From Octopus vulgaris (Eukaryota), in assembly GCA_951406725.2 (NCBI GenBank), contig OX597831.1, positions 53,010,001 to 53,074,000 on the forward strand: a stretch of DNA of 64,000 bases, written 5' to 3'. A model generated the notes under the pieces. The model had not been told where the DNA came from, did not search any database, and saw only the letters and a list, made by a program, of their open reading frames with translations. Numbering within the stretch: position 1 is the stretch's first letter; every line of letters begins with the position of its first letter. The position numbers and the translations under genes are program-made. This document shows, one piece after another, positions 24,681-38,497 of the stretch.

Positions 24681-26464
24681 TGTCTTGGAATCTTAAGGCT
24701 ACACTGTGACTACTTCAACTGGCAAGTCTGGCAGCTTGCATTGCATTAAATATAATGAACATGTTATAACTGCAATTTTTACTCAACTCTTTGTTCAGAA
24801 TCATAGATATAAAATTGAACAAAGAACAGCTAGAAATAATTCATTATATACACACACACACGCATATATTTTATGTTATAAATTTTAACTTTATGAAGTG
24901 AAATGAAGTAAACTCTGTTATAATCCAATATATTAAACTTCATGGATTTTGTTTGCAAAGGTTGGGAATGTCTTTCCTGCACTTGAATTGGATGTAGGTA
25001 GAAGGTAACTTTATCTTTGTTGTGGAGAGGGAAGTACAAAAAAAAAAAAAAAAAAAAAAAGAGAGAGAGAGAAAAAGGAAAAATTTGGTTTTTGTTCAAA
25101 TTCAAACCTTGTAGTATTCATAGATGTTAATATGTTTACTAAGGATCAGGTTTATGTGCAAAAGAATTTCAGAGATTCTAAAAGACCCTGGCATCACAGG
25201 AATGGTCAGTCAGTCAACGCCCGCAGTTTTTACGTTTTTGCATTTGGATTAATTTGTTCTGAATGCCTGCTCTTTTACTTCTTGTAGCTTCCCTGGAGTC
25301 TTCTACTTTTTTTTTTTTAATAACACTTTTATTGCGTAATCATCTGCTTCACTTATCTATTTTCTTTGCTTTCCTTATTGTTTGTATGCCTTAGACAGAG
25401 AAGGTTCGGAAATGTTTGGTTGGAGAAAAACTAATTAATCAGATTGATTTATTTAATGTTTGATAAAAATTCATAAGGTCTGCTGGATTGCTGTGAAGAG
25501 AAGCAAGTTCTGATGTTTTGGGGAGAGCATTTCGTTGAATTTTACAAATTCTATTTACTGGTATATTTATTTCTTCTTTAACTGATGAGACCAATTCCCC
25601 TCATATTGTAGTTGTTTTCTTTGTATATACAATAATGGTTTTATTGTCATTCTAAAACAGTTTATTTATCCTTACACTCTTAGCCATTCATTGGATTTTA
25701 TTTTCATGTTTTGAAATAGGTTTTTTGTTTTATTATTTTATTTTAATGTTTTTAAAACTACTTATTGTGCTAATATTTTCCTACTGATTTTTGTATAATT
25801 TTTAAATAGAGGATTGTTTTGGTGTTGAGTAAAAGGTAATGTTGAACTTTTCAATGTCTGTTTCTCAAAATGAAATAAGGTTTTGAAAGTTTCTACTGAA
25901 AATATTTGCAAATATTCCCAGATTTCAATGAGATTTCTTCAAGAGATTCTTTTTTTAAATCGACAAAGCTTTGAGATTTTAGCATATATTAAAAAAAAAT
26001 TTTTTTTAGTCTAGCTTTTGAATTTTTTAATCTGATCCTTGTTACTTTCTATTTAAGGTTCTTCATATGAGAATATGTTACAACGTGATTTTGTCCACAT
26101 GTAAAAGAACTCCTGTTATATTTTCTACTCTCCTTTTAAAAACTAGCAAGAAAAACAAACAAAAACATGCATTAAAAGACAAAAAAAAAAAAAATTTCCA
26201 CCTGATCTGTTTCAAAAGTCAAGCTGTGCAACCTCTTTCTGAGACCGGCTTCAATTTCACTCTGGATAACTGAATATGTTGTTCTTTTGTTGTTGTTTCA
26301 CAGACCTCTTTAGTTTAAAAAGAAGCTGAAACACTTTAGCTAGGGGAGTTTTTGCAAATCAAATTTTCTGATTAAAAAAAAAAAGAAAAAAAAAAAGGAA
26401 AATATCTCCATTTCCAATAATACTGCAGCCAAATTCCATCTAGCTTTCAAGGTACATATTTGTG

Positions 26465-26546
26465 TATGATTTTTCACTGTCTGTCTGGCTATCTCTTTTT
26501 CTCTCGATTAAAATAATGAAAAATATAGTACACACATTGGGTTTAA
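26465..26546 (+). repeat. 82-nt intronic segment identical to the loop of fold-back 1 (24296-24377)
   Basis: TATGATTTTTCACTGTCTGTCTGGC...CACACATTGGGTTTAA compared base by base. Confidence 0.95.
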
Positions 26547-28094
26547 GTTTGAAATGTCTGTTCAACATTTCTGATTCAATCTTTGAATTTTTGTTTCTCT
26601 TTTTTACAAATAGCTATAATTATGTTTTCTCTTTTCATCTCATTCTTTCAATGCTGAAATTATTTTAATATAATAAAAAAAATCTTTTTTTAGTTTTTGT
26701 TCATTTCATTTTTATTTATTAACTTTTCTGTTTTATGGGAGTTGGAGATGATGGGAATATGATGTCCTATGGTGCTAACCTAGTTGATTTGTCAATAAGC
26801 TAGAAATTATTTCTATGGCTATTGTCATAACCATCAGCTTCATTTTAGCTGGTCAAGAAAGAAAATATATATTCACTGAAATATATTTGCTTAGTATTTC
26901 CCCTTAGATATTAACTCACTAACATTTAGTCGCTGATAAATATCAACTTTTGTTTCAATTGTATTCTGCTTTTCAAAGTGTGCTTGTTTTATTAACTCTC
27001 AAAATGGAAGATGATTTCATTCAGACAGTTTCATTATGCCTATTATTTAATTTATAATGCTTTTTGTAGCCATTTTGCTTGATCTAGAGATGCATTTGAT
27101 GGCTAATAGATATCTAATTTAATTTTCACTACTTATTTCCAGTGGATTCACTGCAGAACTCTCTTGTTGCTATTGTGACATGATGAAACATTTATAAACT
27201 TATTTTGAAGATTAATTATTAGTGCAAGTTGCCATTTTTTGGCAGCCTTTTGTAATGCTAGGATAACTTTAGGAAAAATTCATATACCTATATATAAGGA
27301 ATGTCACATTATAATATTGATGTGACTGGGTTTTTTTTTTTTATTGTATATATTTGTAGGTTTTCTTATGATAGTTTTCTTGTCAGGCTTATAAATGTGA
27401 TGGTGAAACATCAATAAACTGACAATAAATGTAAAAGCAAAAAAAAAATATTTTAAGTGTATCAACAAATATAAAATGATGAAAATAATTTTGGAAATAG
27501 TGATTGCACCAAACATCAAATTACAATCATGATAAACTTTTGCATGAATATAAAGAGCTTACAGGCATCACCATTATTATAATGTAATGTGATTTATTGT
27601 AATTAAATTAAACTAACATGATGCCATTATTCAAATTGTGTAACATTTTGGTTTAATTTGTTGAAAAGCTCGATTTGAAGTAATTTTATGTTGCATTAAT
27701 AATGTTTTGGAAAATTTTAGTATGTAATAAAGCAAAGTAATTTATTTTCTCCATCTATGTTGTTTCTGCATTTAAATGTGGAAGAGTGGGGAATAGAAAA
27801 GTTAGCTGCAGGATATTAAATGATTTAATGGGACATGGTTTGAAAGACAAATGAAAGGACAAATGCAAACTGCACTCGTATGTAGGAGGGCCCAACGTTA
27901 TAGTAATTAGAAACCATCTAAGAGTAAAATTGGTTTAAAACAATACTACAGTTGGAATTTTATATACATAGGAAACAAATGCCATTATTGCCCAAATTTG
28001 AAAAATAAATGTAGCTTTTCTGTGAAGTCGGCAAGATGGCCAAAAAAAAAAAGAAAGAAAGGAAGAAAAACTGCAACAAACTGCAAAAAGAGCT

Positions 28095-28098
<4 letters not shown>

Positions 28099-28134
<36 letters not shown>
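28099..28134. repeat. (CT)n microsatellite
   Basis: Seen directly. Confidence 0.9.
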
Positions 28135-28138
<4 letters not shown>

Positions 28139-28742
28139 CAAAGCAAGTTACTAATTAAAGCAGATGCCCTGTGTATTCTCTACTTCACCCCAGTTACTAT
28201 GTTGCTATTATAGCCATTTAACTTTCTTATAAATAAGAGCTGATCTGATGAAGTCATCTACTTTATCGAAAATAATCCAAACTCTTGTGCAATATCATTT
28301 TACTGCAGCAGTTTTTATATCTTCTTTATTGTATTTGCAATGATTTCTTTTTGTCTTTTCTGTCGGTGTATACAAGTAAAAAAAAAGGGGAAAAAAACAA
28401 AAAGAAAAAGCAAACCCCCAAAATATCATTTTCGTTGCATCAATTCAAAAATGGTGTTTAGTAGACCAATTTGAACTAGAATGCTATTTGATTAGTTTTC
28501 TAGATATGCTGATATTCAATATTTTGTTGGGTTTATGTTATTGATGGAATGCCAGGAAGTTTGTTGATAGCATGTTGTCTTTCTTTAATCTTGAATATAA
28601 AATGTACTTTTGTTTTTTTAAATTTTTTTTTGAGGTGAATTAAAAAAAAATCTTATTAAATAAAGTCTAAAAGTTTTTTTATTGAAGAGAATTTGCATAA
28701 TTCCCATTAGTGATTTGATAAGCATTTTCAAAATAGAAATCT

Positions 28743-28744
<2 letters not shown>

Positions 28745-28791
<47 letters not shown>
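28745..28791. repeat. (TA)n microsatellite
   Basis: Seen directly. Confidence 0.9.
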
Positions 28792-28794
<3 letters not shown>

Positions 28795-30895
28795 ATTACC
28801 AAATATCAAAGGTATAAACAACTTCAACAGGAAAAGTTTTGTAGAAAGTTGTTTCGCTAGATATAGCAGAAGACAAGTATAGAAACCATTACATTAAACT
28901 TTATTCCTTAGATTTTGTTTTCTGTCATGAAAATAGAATTATCATTCCATGTCAATGCATTGATTTGAAAGTGCAAGTTTTTGAAGTGGCAATTTGTACT
29001 TACAACAAAGTCTTAGTGTAATTAAACCCAAGTTCTAAATTAAAATGTTTTGAGATTATCCTCATTTTTAGCCTTTATTTCTATGTAATAATATTATTAA
29101 ATAATCTTTTTTTTGTAAACTCAGATTTATATAATGAAAATTATGATTTAAGAATATAAAAAAAAGATTGATTTCCTCTGTTCAAAGCATGATGGATTAT
29201 GGAATGTGGGACTCTCTGGAAAAGCCTTAGCCATTTCTCAGCCATATTTTTCACAATAATAGTTTGTAAACCTCAGTTTACAATGTAATTGGGAATTTAA
29301 GAGTTTAATAAAATAAAATAAATGTAAAGTTTTCAATTATTGGTGTATGCAGGCTAGTGTTTGGAATTCAACTTGAAAATTTCCTTCATAAGACTATGAT
29401 GAAAGTTATATCTATTGAAATTTTGTGTTATTTATGCAATAATAAAATTTCAGTTGTGTGTTTTTCTCTCTCATTTATTTAAATGTGAACCACTTCAATA
29501 ATGGTCTGTTTCAGTTGAGTTAGTGTTATAGAACTCGGATCTTGATTAGTTTGCACTTGAAATCATCAAATGGTGCTTGTTGGTTATAAGTAAGATTATT
29601 GTAAGTATGTGCTGCATGTCTGCAATGTTATTAGGTTTATCAATAGTAACCACTAATTTATTCTTTCTGATAGTTATACTTTATACTTAAAAAAAATATA
29701 TTTTCAGTCTAAATTTACAAGACATTTAAATTTTGCCTGCCCGATTTAAAATCTTTGAGAGAAAAGAAAAAAAAAACCCCAATGTTTTGTATTTACAAAA
29801 TGTTTGTGATAATGATAGGTAACACTGGATTATATATAAGTGAAGGAAAGATTTTCTGTAATATGATTGAAGGCCTTGTATACTTTACAGGTTAATTATT
29901 GATATATGATTTGCTTTTGTTTTCCACTTGACATTGCTAATATATTTTCATAGGAAAGAATGGTGACTTGTCAGAAATTTGAGGTTTGTACTTAAATAGA
30001 TCAGTATTTTCTTGTGAGCCTATAACTTAATATGGATAGGCTTGGTTTGTCATTCTTTGATAAAAATAATTTACTGGCTATAGGAAGCTTCATGAAATAT
30101 TTACTAGCAAGGTTGATAAAATATTTCCTAGCTGTATGCTAAATCATATAGCTAGATGCAGATTTTTGGCCTAGTGCTAATGCAAGAAATCAATATGTGT
30201 GTGTGTATGCATTTGGTGGTGTGTGTGGGGGGGTCAAGCATTTGTCAACCCTCCCCTCTTCCTTAAGTAATGTTCAGATTAAGATGCTAGTATACTGACT
30301 AAATTTGTTTCCTTTTTGTAGATTATTATGCTACTATGGTATTTTGACCCCTCTGCCTATTCCTACCTGCAGGGAAAAAAATGTTTTAGAACTAGAAAAT
30401 ACTAAGTGTTTGTAAAACTTTGGTTTTTCCAACAAAATTCTAAGAAAACCTTAGAGAAAATGTATTTTTTTTAATTTTAATTCTCCTTTAGCTAAATTTG
30501 TAACAGTGTTGTGAGAAATAAATTTCTAATTACTATTCATAAAAAAAAAAATTCATAAACTACCAATGTTCATAAGCCTGTTTCCTTCTGTGTTTTTTTT
30601 TTTTAAAGATAAAAACCAAATTCCTCCCTCTTTTCAGAAAGAATGTTAGTTAGCCAATTACAGGTAATTTCCCAAGAGTGTTAGCTGTAATTGATTTTTT
30701 TTCTGTAGTTAAGTAAACTGAGACTTGTAGAATTGTATTTTTTTTCTTCTTTTTCCAGGGAGTCAATGAATGCCTGCAGTCTGTACATATCCGCAACATA
30801 TTCAGTTGTGCAATATCTTACCCATTCAGATAATACAGAAAGGAAGATATTGTTCATATGCCTTCACACACATGCCCGTACAATCACACACGCAT

Positions 30896-30897
<2 letters not shown>

Positions 30898-30928
<31 letters not shown>
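30898..30928. repeat. (CA)n microsatellite
   Basis: Seen directly. Confidence 0.9.
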
Positions 30929-30932
<4 letters not shown>

Positions 30933-32189
30933 AAGCACAGTTTTGAGTTTTAACCTAAAGCGGGCAGTCATGAAATTCCAAATTCAATGTCACTAATTAG
31001 TCCTTTCTTTGACTGCTAAGCTCGCAATAGCTTCAATAATTTTGTCTTCAAAATCTCTTGTACATCAAAGTGACTATATACATTACCCTCCAAATGTGAT
31101 TTTAATCTTTTGAAAGTGTATTTATGTCTTGAATTATAAATACACACACATACACCCATACACACATCCTGTGTTACAGAAGAGTAAAAAAAAATAATCT
31201 AGTCATAACATAAAATTCTCTAATGTGAAATGCATTTATCCATTGATTTCCGTGTTCATAGAAACCAATTGAAAAATAATTTTAGCATTACAAATCTGTT
31301 ATGCCATGATTTTCAGTGGTGCAATACTTCTGCATCAGGGATGTGTGTGTGTGTGTGCACAAGCAAATCCATCCACCTGTCATATATAATGCAAACATAC
31401 ATGTACATTTAAACATATGCTACTTGTTTTTATGCTCAACTTGCATACAAAAACCCACAAATATTAATTGAAGGACCTCTCAATCCATTTAAATAGAGTA
31501 TCACATTGATTTTCACAAGGGAAAAGTTGGCAGTGACTTTGAAATTTTTGCCACTTGTTGACTTTGTTCGTCCGAGAAAGCCAACAACTGATGAAAAGTC
31601 ATTATCAATCTTTTTTTCCTCCAACATATATAAAATTGATTGAAATTTCTGGCATACCAAAGGAAACTTTTATTAAAAAAATCCCACTTGAGATTGCTTG
31701 AATAACAAATTGTTCATATTGAAAATAAATTTAAAAAATTTTCAATGAAAGTTTAATCACGACATGGATGATATGAGGTTTTAATTGCTCAAAACCAGCA
31801 TACTATACCAATATATATATATATATATATATATATCATTTGTAGGTATTTTATTAACACTTCTCTCCTTAAAAGTCTTGCTTATATAGATATATATTGA
31901 AGTAATTGAAATATATAGACAGCCCATAGTTAGGTATATAATCATGCAAGGGTAATAGTTGTTATTTTCTTCACAACTTTTTGCTAAGTTTCATTAGCAC
32001 TGAGGACTATTGTGCTGATCATTATCATAAAACTGGAACGCTAATTTTGATACAGTAGATACTATTACATAGTAATAGTATCACTATGTTTATAAATGAT
32101 GGAGAATATGTTGCTATATAGCAATAATGTACATTCACAATGTACTTTAATATACCCACACCCGTCTTCAGGTTTAAAGCCAACTGCCA

Positions 32190-32283
32190 AATATGTGGGT
32201 CACTCAACTTGTTGGAAATACAAACCAAGATTACAAACTCTCTAATCCTCTTGATTGAAAGATGGACACAGTAGAGGATGTAG

Positions 32284-32346
<63 letters not shown>

Positions 32347-32440
32347 GCTCAAGAGGTGTGCAGGATGGTTGTAGCTGGCTAGAATGCTTTCGTTAGCAGG
32401 CTTATTCAGTAAGGGTTGGCCTTAAACCAAGCAACAATAA
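32190..32440 (+). mobile_element. Short interspersed repeat family E with internal (TA)n (32288-32344)
   Basis: GGTCACTCAAC...GGATGGTTGTAGCTGG...AATGCTTT...(AAC)n tail. Relatives at ~13860, ~14110(-), ~43000 and ~56050. Confidence 0.6.
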
Positions 32441-35400
32441 CCACCTTAGGTTTAGTCTAAATAAAAGATATTTTTCAAAAATATCTGTTATCATGTGGAC
32501 ACAAATTTCTACTTCTTGTAATTTTGAAATAATTTCTTAGCTGAAACTTGTCTTTTGGAAGTAAAATTTGATAGAATTATGGTCTTGAATTTGGTCATTG
32601 ATAAACTTGGAAAAATTCATAATTTATTTGATTTTTCCCCTCCTCTTTTCATTAATTTTATGAATTCTTTTCAGATTATTAACAATTTTCAAATGAGAAC
32701 GTTCATCTCCTTTTGCAATCTACTGGTGAGAAAAAAGAAGGAAGTTAATTATAAAAATATTGATATATCAATCAATAGGATGTGTTTTTTTTGTGGGTAT
32801 AGGAAAACATTACTTTCTGAGAGGATCATTAGTAAGATAACTGATTATGTGTGTGTATATATAATAGAGGTGTAAAAGAATGACTTGTTTGTTTCATTTT
32901 TACTGAAAAGAAAAAAAAAAGGAAAAATACCATAGTTTATAAAATTTATTGTATTGGAAAGTCTTGCTTTTACGTTTCAGAATAAAAAAAAAAAAAAAAT
33001 GAAACAAGCAAACAAAAAAAAAGTGGAAAGCTATTTTCATTATGATTTATTCTGATTGCAACGTTCAGTGTGTGTGATTTTTTTTTTTTTTTTTTTTTAA
33101 ATGTGTCTTTTTATTTTTAAAAAAAAGAAAATAGAAAAAAGTAAATTTTATATTTCCTATCTTGCCAAGATGCCAGTTCCGATGATGTGGAACCACGGTA
33201 CCCAATGCAACGTGGTGCTGAGGGCGTGGCTGGACAGTGGTGGTGTCAGTGAATCTCAACTATCTACATTAAGGGGGGGTAGGTCCTCATCAAATTTTTG
33301 CGAGGTGATTTTTTTTTCCTTTTGCTGGCTTTTTCCAATGTTTTCTTTCTTTAATTATTTCTTAATTTAAAAATATAATGATATAAATTTATATTTTTAA
33401 AGTTGTAAATATTCTATTTTCCTCATTTTTTTTTCTAAATTTATTTTGTTAAAATATTTTATTATTACAAAGAATTTTTCAAACTACTATCCTCATCTTT
33501 GGTTTTATTTCCCTTCTTCTTAATGTTTTCATGTCTAGAATTTTTAAGCAAATAATTGCTTTAATTTTCTTAGAGATATACCTTGGTACAATGAAGTATT
33601 AAATGAGTTTGTAGATTTTTTTTTTTTTTTTGTGGCTGGCTATATTTGTTAGTGCCAAATATTTCACTGTAAAATGGATTTGGCTGTCCGAACAATTTTG
33701 CCCGCATTGTGATGAAGCTTTTCCTGTATCTATTTATTTGTCTGAGTAGGATGTCACCATTTACTTCAGGAAAATAATCAGCAAAGTTATTGGCTAAAAC
33801 ACGTAAAAGAAACAAAACGAAACAAGATGAGAATAGTAGTCAATGAAACATTTGAATTAAAAACAAGATTGCTTTTCATTCTTATCTGAAACAAACATTA
33901 GAAATAGCCTAGTTATTTAAGTTACCAACATGTTTTAAACATATCAGTCATTTTCAAGGAATTTTGAATCTTGTTTTCAAGAAAGAAGAAAAGAGAAAAA
34001 AAAAAAAAAAAAAAACCCAAAATCACAACTGATTTTATTTTTTAGTCTTTCCAATCTCTTAGTTACCTTTTTACTAATACTCCTCCATTTTGCTAATGTC
34101 TTTTGCATTTGGTCTGAACTTAAAGGATATTGCTTTCATATCTTTTGTGCCAAGATTCGGCATATTTTTTCTTTGAAATTTCTCGAAGGTTACTCTTTTT
34201 ATACCTACCCTCCTTAATTTGTGTTTGAGATATGATTAATGTTGTGTACTAACAGGAATGAAAACACAACACACCACACATACACATGCACATAAATGCA
34301 TAGAACTATATTTGCATATTTAAATTTTTATGTGTTCCTGCATTTTAATTCACCAGTTACTGCCATAGCAGTTTTTATTGAAGTATATCTGACTATGACA
34401 AAGCATTGTAAAATGAGACAATCTAGTTTTGATTCTCAGTTGAAACTAGTCCTCTTCATTTACAGTAATCATGTCCTTAACGTGATCAACATTGCACAAC
34501 TTCATTCCGCTCTCTGAAATGGGGTTCTTGTATTCATCTTTTATTGCCAGTGTTAGTAGGATATAATCCAAGTCATCCATAGAATGCTTAGTTGAAAGGG
34601 CAAATTAAAACATTATTCAACAATTTCGACATGTTTATTAACTAGTGTAATAGTGTTATTAGTTTTCTTCAACTTTTCTGCATGATTTGTTGTTTGCATA
34701 TCAAATTACTCTGGTATAATTACCAATTTCCTGGTGGGTTGTGTTTTTGGTAGGTGCAATATTTCGTAACTACATGGTTTGGTTTGTATGTGACACATGC
34801 CACACAATGGTTCTTACTGCCGAGAATGGCTGATTTAATTTTTATTTAATTTATAATAAACCTATTTACTGTGGAGAAACCTTAGTATTGTTTCTATGTA
34901 CTTTACAATTGCTTCTATTTAATAATTTTAAATCTATGTAGTGTGTTGATATCTAATTACAGTTCATGAATCAGCAAATGTTTGAAAGCTTGACTACATG
35001 ACTAAGAAAAAAAGAAAAAAAAAAAAATTTTAAAATAAACCCCTGGAACAGTGGTTGAATTTCTGCGGTCTTATATTAAGATAGATATGTGTGTGATTGA
35101 CACATTACTACTATTATGAATTCATTAGTAAATGCTTTCATTATTCTCCACATGGAGCTGTCCTCCATAACAATGTAACAGAATGGGCCATGATAATACA
35201 TATTTATCACACCATCAGCCCTAGAGTTGTTGTCTTCCTGAACTTGTGTAGCTCGTGGTATATTTAAGGTCTTGGAAATCTTTGTGCGAGCTTATACAGC
35301 TTATATTTACAGGTGCTAACCAAGAAAGAGTTCTTAAATTTGGCAACATTTTTTTAAAACATCATTCTGGGTCAAAGATTATTTACAACTCCTACATTTT

Positions 35401-36954
35401 GGGGCTTTAAAACTTACATAGACCAGGTATTTGTATGAACACACATGATGATTAAAATAAACTATCCTCTTTAGTTTACATATTCTTCCTATTTCACTCT
35501 GTATCTGCCATTTAAATGTTTTCCTCCCCCACTTTTTGTTTATCTTCTGAATAAAATCGATCCCAAATCAAAGTGTGGTTATCCTGAACTTGTCCAACCT
35601 TATTGCATTGGACAAAACTGTGAATTTCATTGATAATGCATTTAAAAATAAAACAAAACAAGGTTTCACATTAATTTTCCTCAAACTGTAAACAATAAAG
35701 ATGGATTGGTCAACATTAATATCCAGTGTTGTGTTTTGTAATCCACCATACTTTTGCTTTAATAATCATTCCCCATATTCACATTTGAATGGACATTAAA
35801 AAAGAAAAAAAAATTTTTTTAGTATCATCACAAATCCTATTTTGGTTACACACCCAAATTACTAATTTTTTTATTAATTGTTGATGAGAATGATTACGCT
35901 TTGATTGGATGAATGGTGTAATAAGATAGTGATATCAAAATTTCTTAAATATGATTTTACAATTACAAAGCTCTCTCTCAGACACACAAACACACACACA
36001 CACATACAGACACAATTCTTCCTTCTCAAGAATGTCAGTTTTGGTTGAAACTGTAACTTAAGCTGAAATATTTTATCAAGTTTGTATCAGCTTTGGTTGG
36101 CCAAACCATACTTCAAAGGAAGTGAGTGAAAGGAAGAGAGATAATAAAGTAAGCAGTGATTGTACTTAAAAATCTAATAAAGTGATACTTATTGTAAATT
36201 TTTTTTTTTGTCTCCTTTTTAAGATATCAATTAACCAACCAGTTTACATTATTGTATGAGTGCTTAAAGGGTCTACTAACATTATTTTGACAAATACAGG
36301 GAGTTATTGTCTTTACTGTTGAGGTAATAGCAAGGCAGGAACATGTCCAGAGTTATCTCCTGTACTCGCTGTATTTTGTTTTTCTTTTTTTTTCTCATCA
36401 CATAATTATTCCCTCTTAATTTTTTAATATTAAAGCATTAAACATGTTAACACTCCTCCCAGTGAACAATCTGTTACAAAATCATTATATACTGAACTGT
36501 CCTAGGTGAATTCTCATGGTACTGTTGATAGCATCTGCTCTTGCTTACCGAGTGGTACACAGTTTGACTGCTAGGTGACTTTGCTTAAATATTGAATGGC
36601 ACACTTAATCTGGCATCCAGTGTAATACTATTTACCTGATCCTTGGTGCTCTAAGTCTCTAGCTTCTGGGTTCTTTTTTTTCTCTCCACCAGTATGAGAG
36701 AAAAAGGGGTTATCATAGTTACTGCCCTTCTTCCTCTGATTAAACCACTAAAAAGACAAGAAAAAAAGATTCACTGCAGATTATTTAACGTGTAAAATAT
36801 TAGTTAATATTTGAAATTGTAAGCGAAATATTCAGGACTTTTGTTGACCCTCATTGCATTATTGTTCAAGGTTTGTACCTGACCGATTCATATCTAAATA
36901 TATGATATATTTAGATATAAATCAGTTACAAACCTTGAACAATATGATATATAT

Positions 36955-37285
36955 GAAGGTGCATGGCTTAGAGCGTCGGGCTCACAATCACGAGGGTGGG
37001 AGTTCAATTCCCAGACTGGGCTGTGTGTTGTGTTCTTGAGCAAGACACTTTATTTCATGTTGCTCCAGTTGACTCTGCTGTAGAAATGAGTTGCGATGTC
37101 ACTGGTGCCAAGCTGTATCTGCTTTTCCCTTGGATAACATCAATGGTGTGGTGAGGGGAGGCTGGTGTGCATGAGTGACTGCTGGTCTTCTATAAACAAT
37201 CTTTCCTGGACTTGTTCCTCAGAAGGTAACTTTCTAGGTGCAATCCCATGGTCATTCATGACCGAAGGGGGTCTTAACTCTTTTT
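36955..37285 (+). mobile_element. SINE family C
   Basis: GAAGGTGCATGGCTTAG...GGGAGTTCAATTCCCAG tRNA-like head and CTTGAGCAAGACACTTTATTTCA core. Confidence 0.85.
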
Positions 37286-38497
37286 TTGTGATATATACAT
37301 TACTGTTTATATAGGTTTGTTAAAAGTTAGAGCAATTTGATGTATGCTTTATGTATGAAGTGATGTGTTTTAAAGAAGTAGATGACTAGTTGGTTATTAG
37401 CACTAATTATTGTTGGTTATTAATAGCTGGTTTCTGATGGGCTTCTGGAAATTTCTGTCTAAACTTTGTCTGCTTTATAAAGTTTGCATGTAATGATTTG
37501 AACCCTTGCCCTGTTAGGTTTAGATGCACCTGTCACCACCTCAGCCCTTTGTCCAACGGTGAGTATGGTTAAATTCTTCCATCTTGATTCAAAGATGGTG
37601 GCAGCTGGTTTTCTTAACATGGTCTTCATTGACTGGTCATTTCTTTTCTATTTACTTTATTTTTGAATTTTATTCATTTGCATAATTTCTGTTTTATTGT
37701 TCTTGAATTGGTTTTGTTAAATGCTGTATTTTTTTCTTGTCTCTTCTATTGGATATGAGTACCTGAAGTTTCTCTCTCATTCTTGTTTTGAGCACTTTCC
37801 TTTATTTGATTTTAAACCATTTGAATATAATGGGAGAGAAAATAAACTCAACCATTTTAAACATTCTCCCAAAGCCAATTTTGACTCATGCTTATATTTG
37901 TTTATACCTAATATACATATATATACATATATATACATATACATGTATATATGTATATATAAATTTATATATATATCTTCTGAAATTTCCTCTGTGTAGA
38001 TCTGGTCTAGTTTACCATGTTGCCATTTTTTTTTTTTTTTGCCATCTGCACAATTAGGATGTAAGATTTTTTTTTATTGCTTCATCATTTATACAAAATG
38101 CATCAAAACTTAAGTGAGAGATTCTAACGGCAAAATTATTTTCCTCGATCACTCTCACTGTTCTTAGACTATTTGTGGCTCATTTGCTATATTTCCTTAT
38201 CTATGATATAAGTTTTAAGCCAATCAGCGCTCTTAAACTTCAGCCAATAGTTTACCTTTTTTTAGCAGCCATGCAGGTGGCTATCTTTGCACTCCTCTTT
38301 CTTTTTCACATGTTACTTTAACCATATTCTGTATCAGGGTCTGGTTTGATTCCTTTGTTTCTCTGTAATTAGTGGGGTTAATAGTGATCTGAATATATTT
38401 GTTGTGTCTTTCTGTCTTTTGGAAATCTGGGTTACCTTGCAAATTGTTATCCCTAGCAATCATGTCTGATTGGTTTGTATGCCATATATCCTTTCAG

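Noticed and set aside
33180-33225. C/D-box snoRNA (GATGATG...CTGA)
   Set aside because: The C box is imperfect and the span is only ~45 nt, too short for a typical snoRNA.
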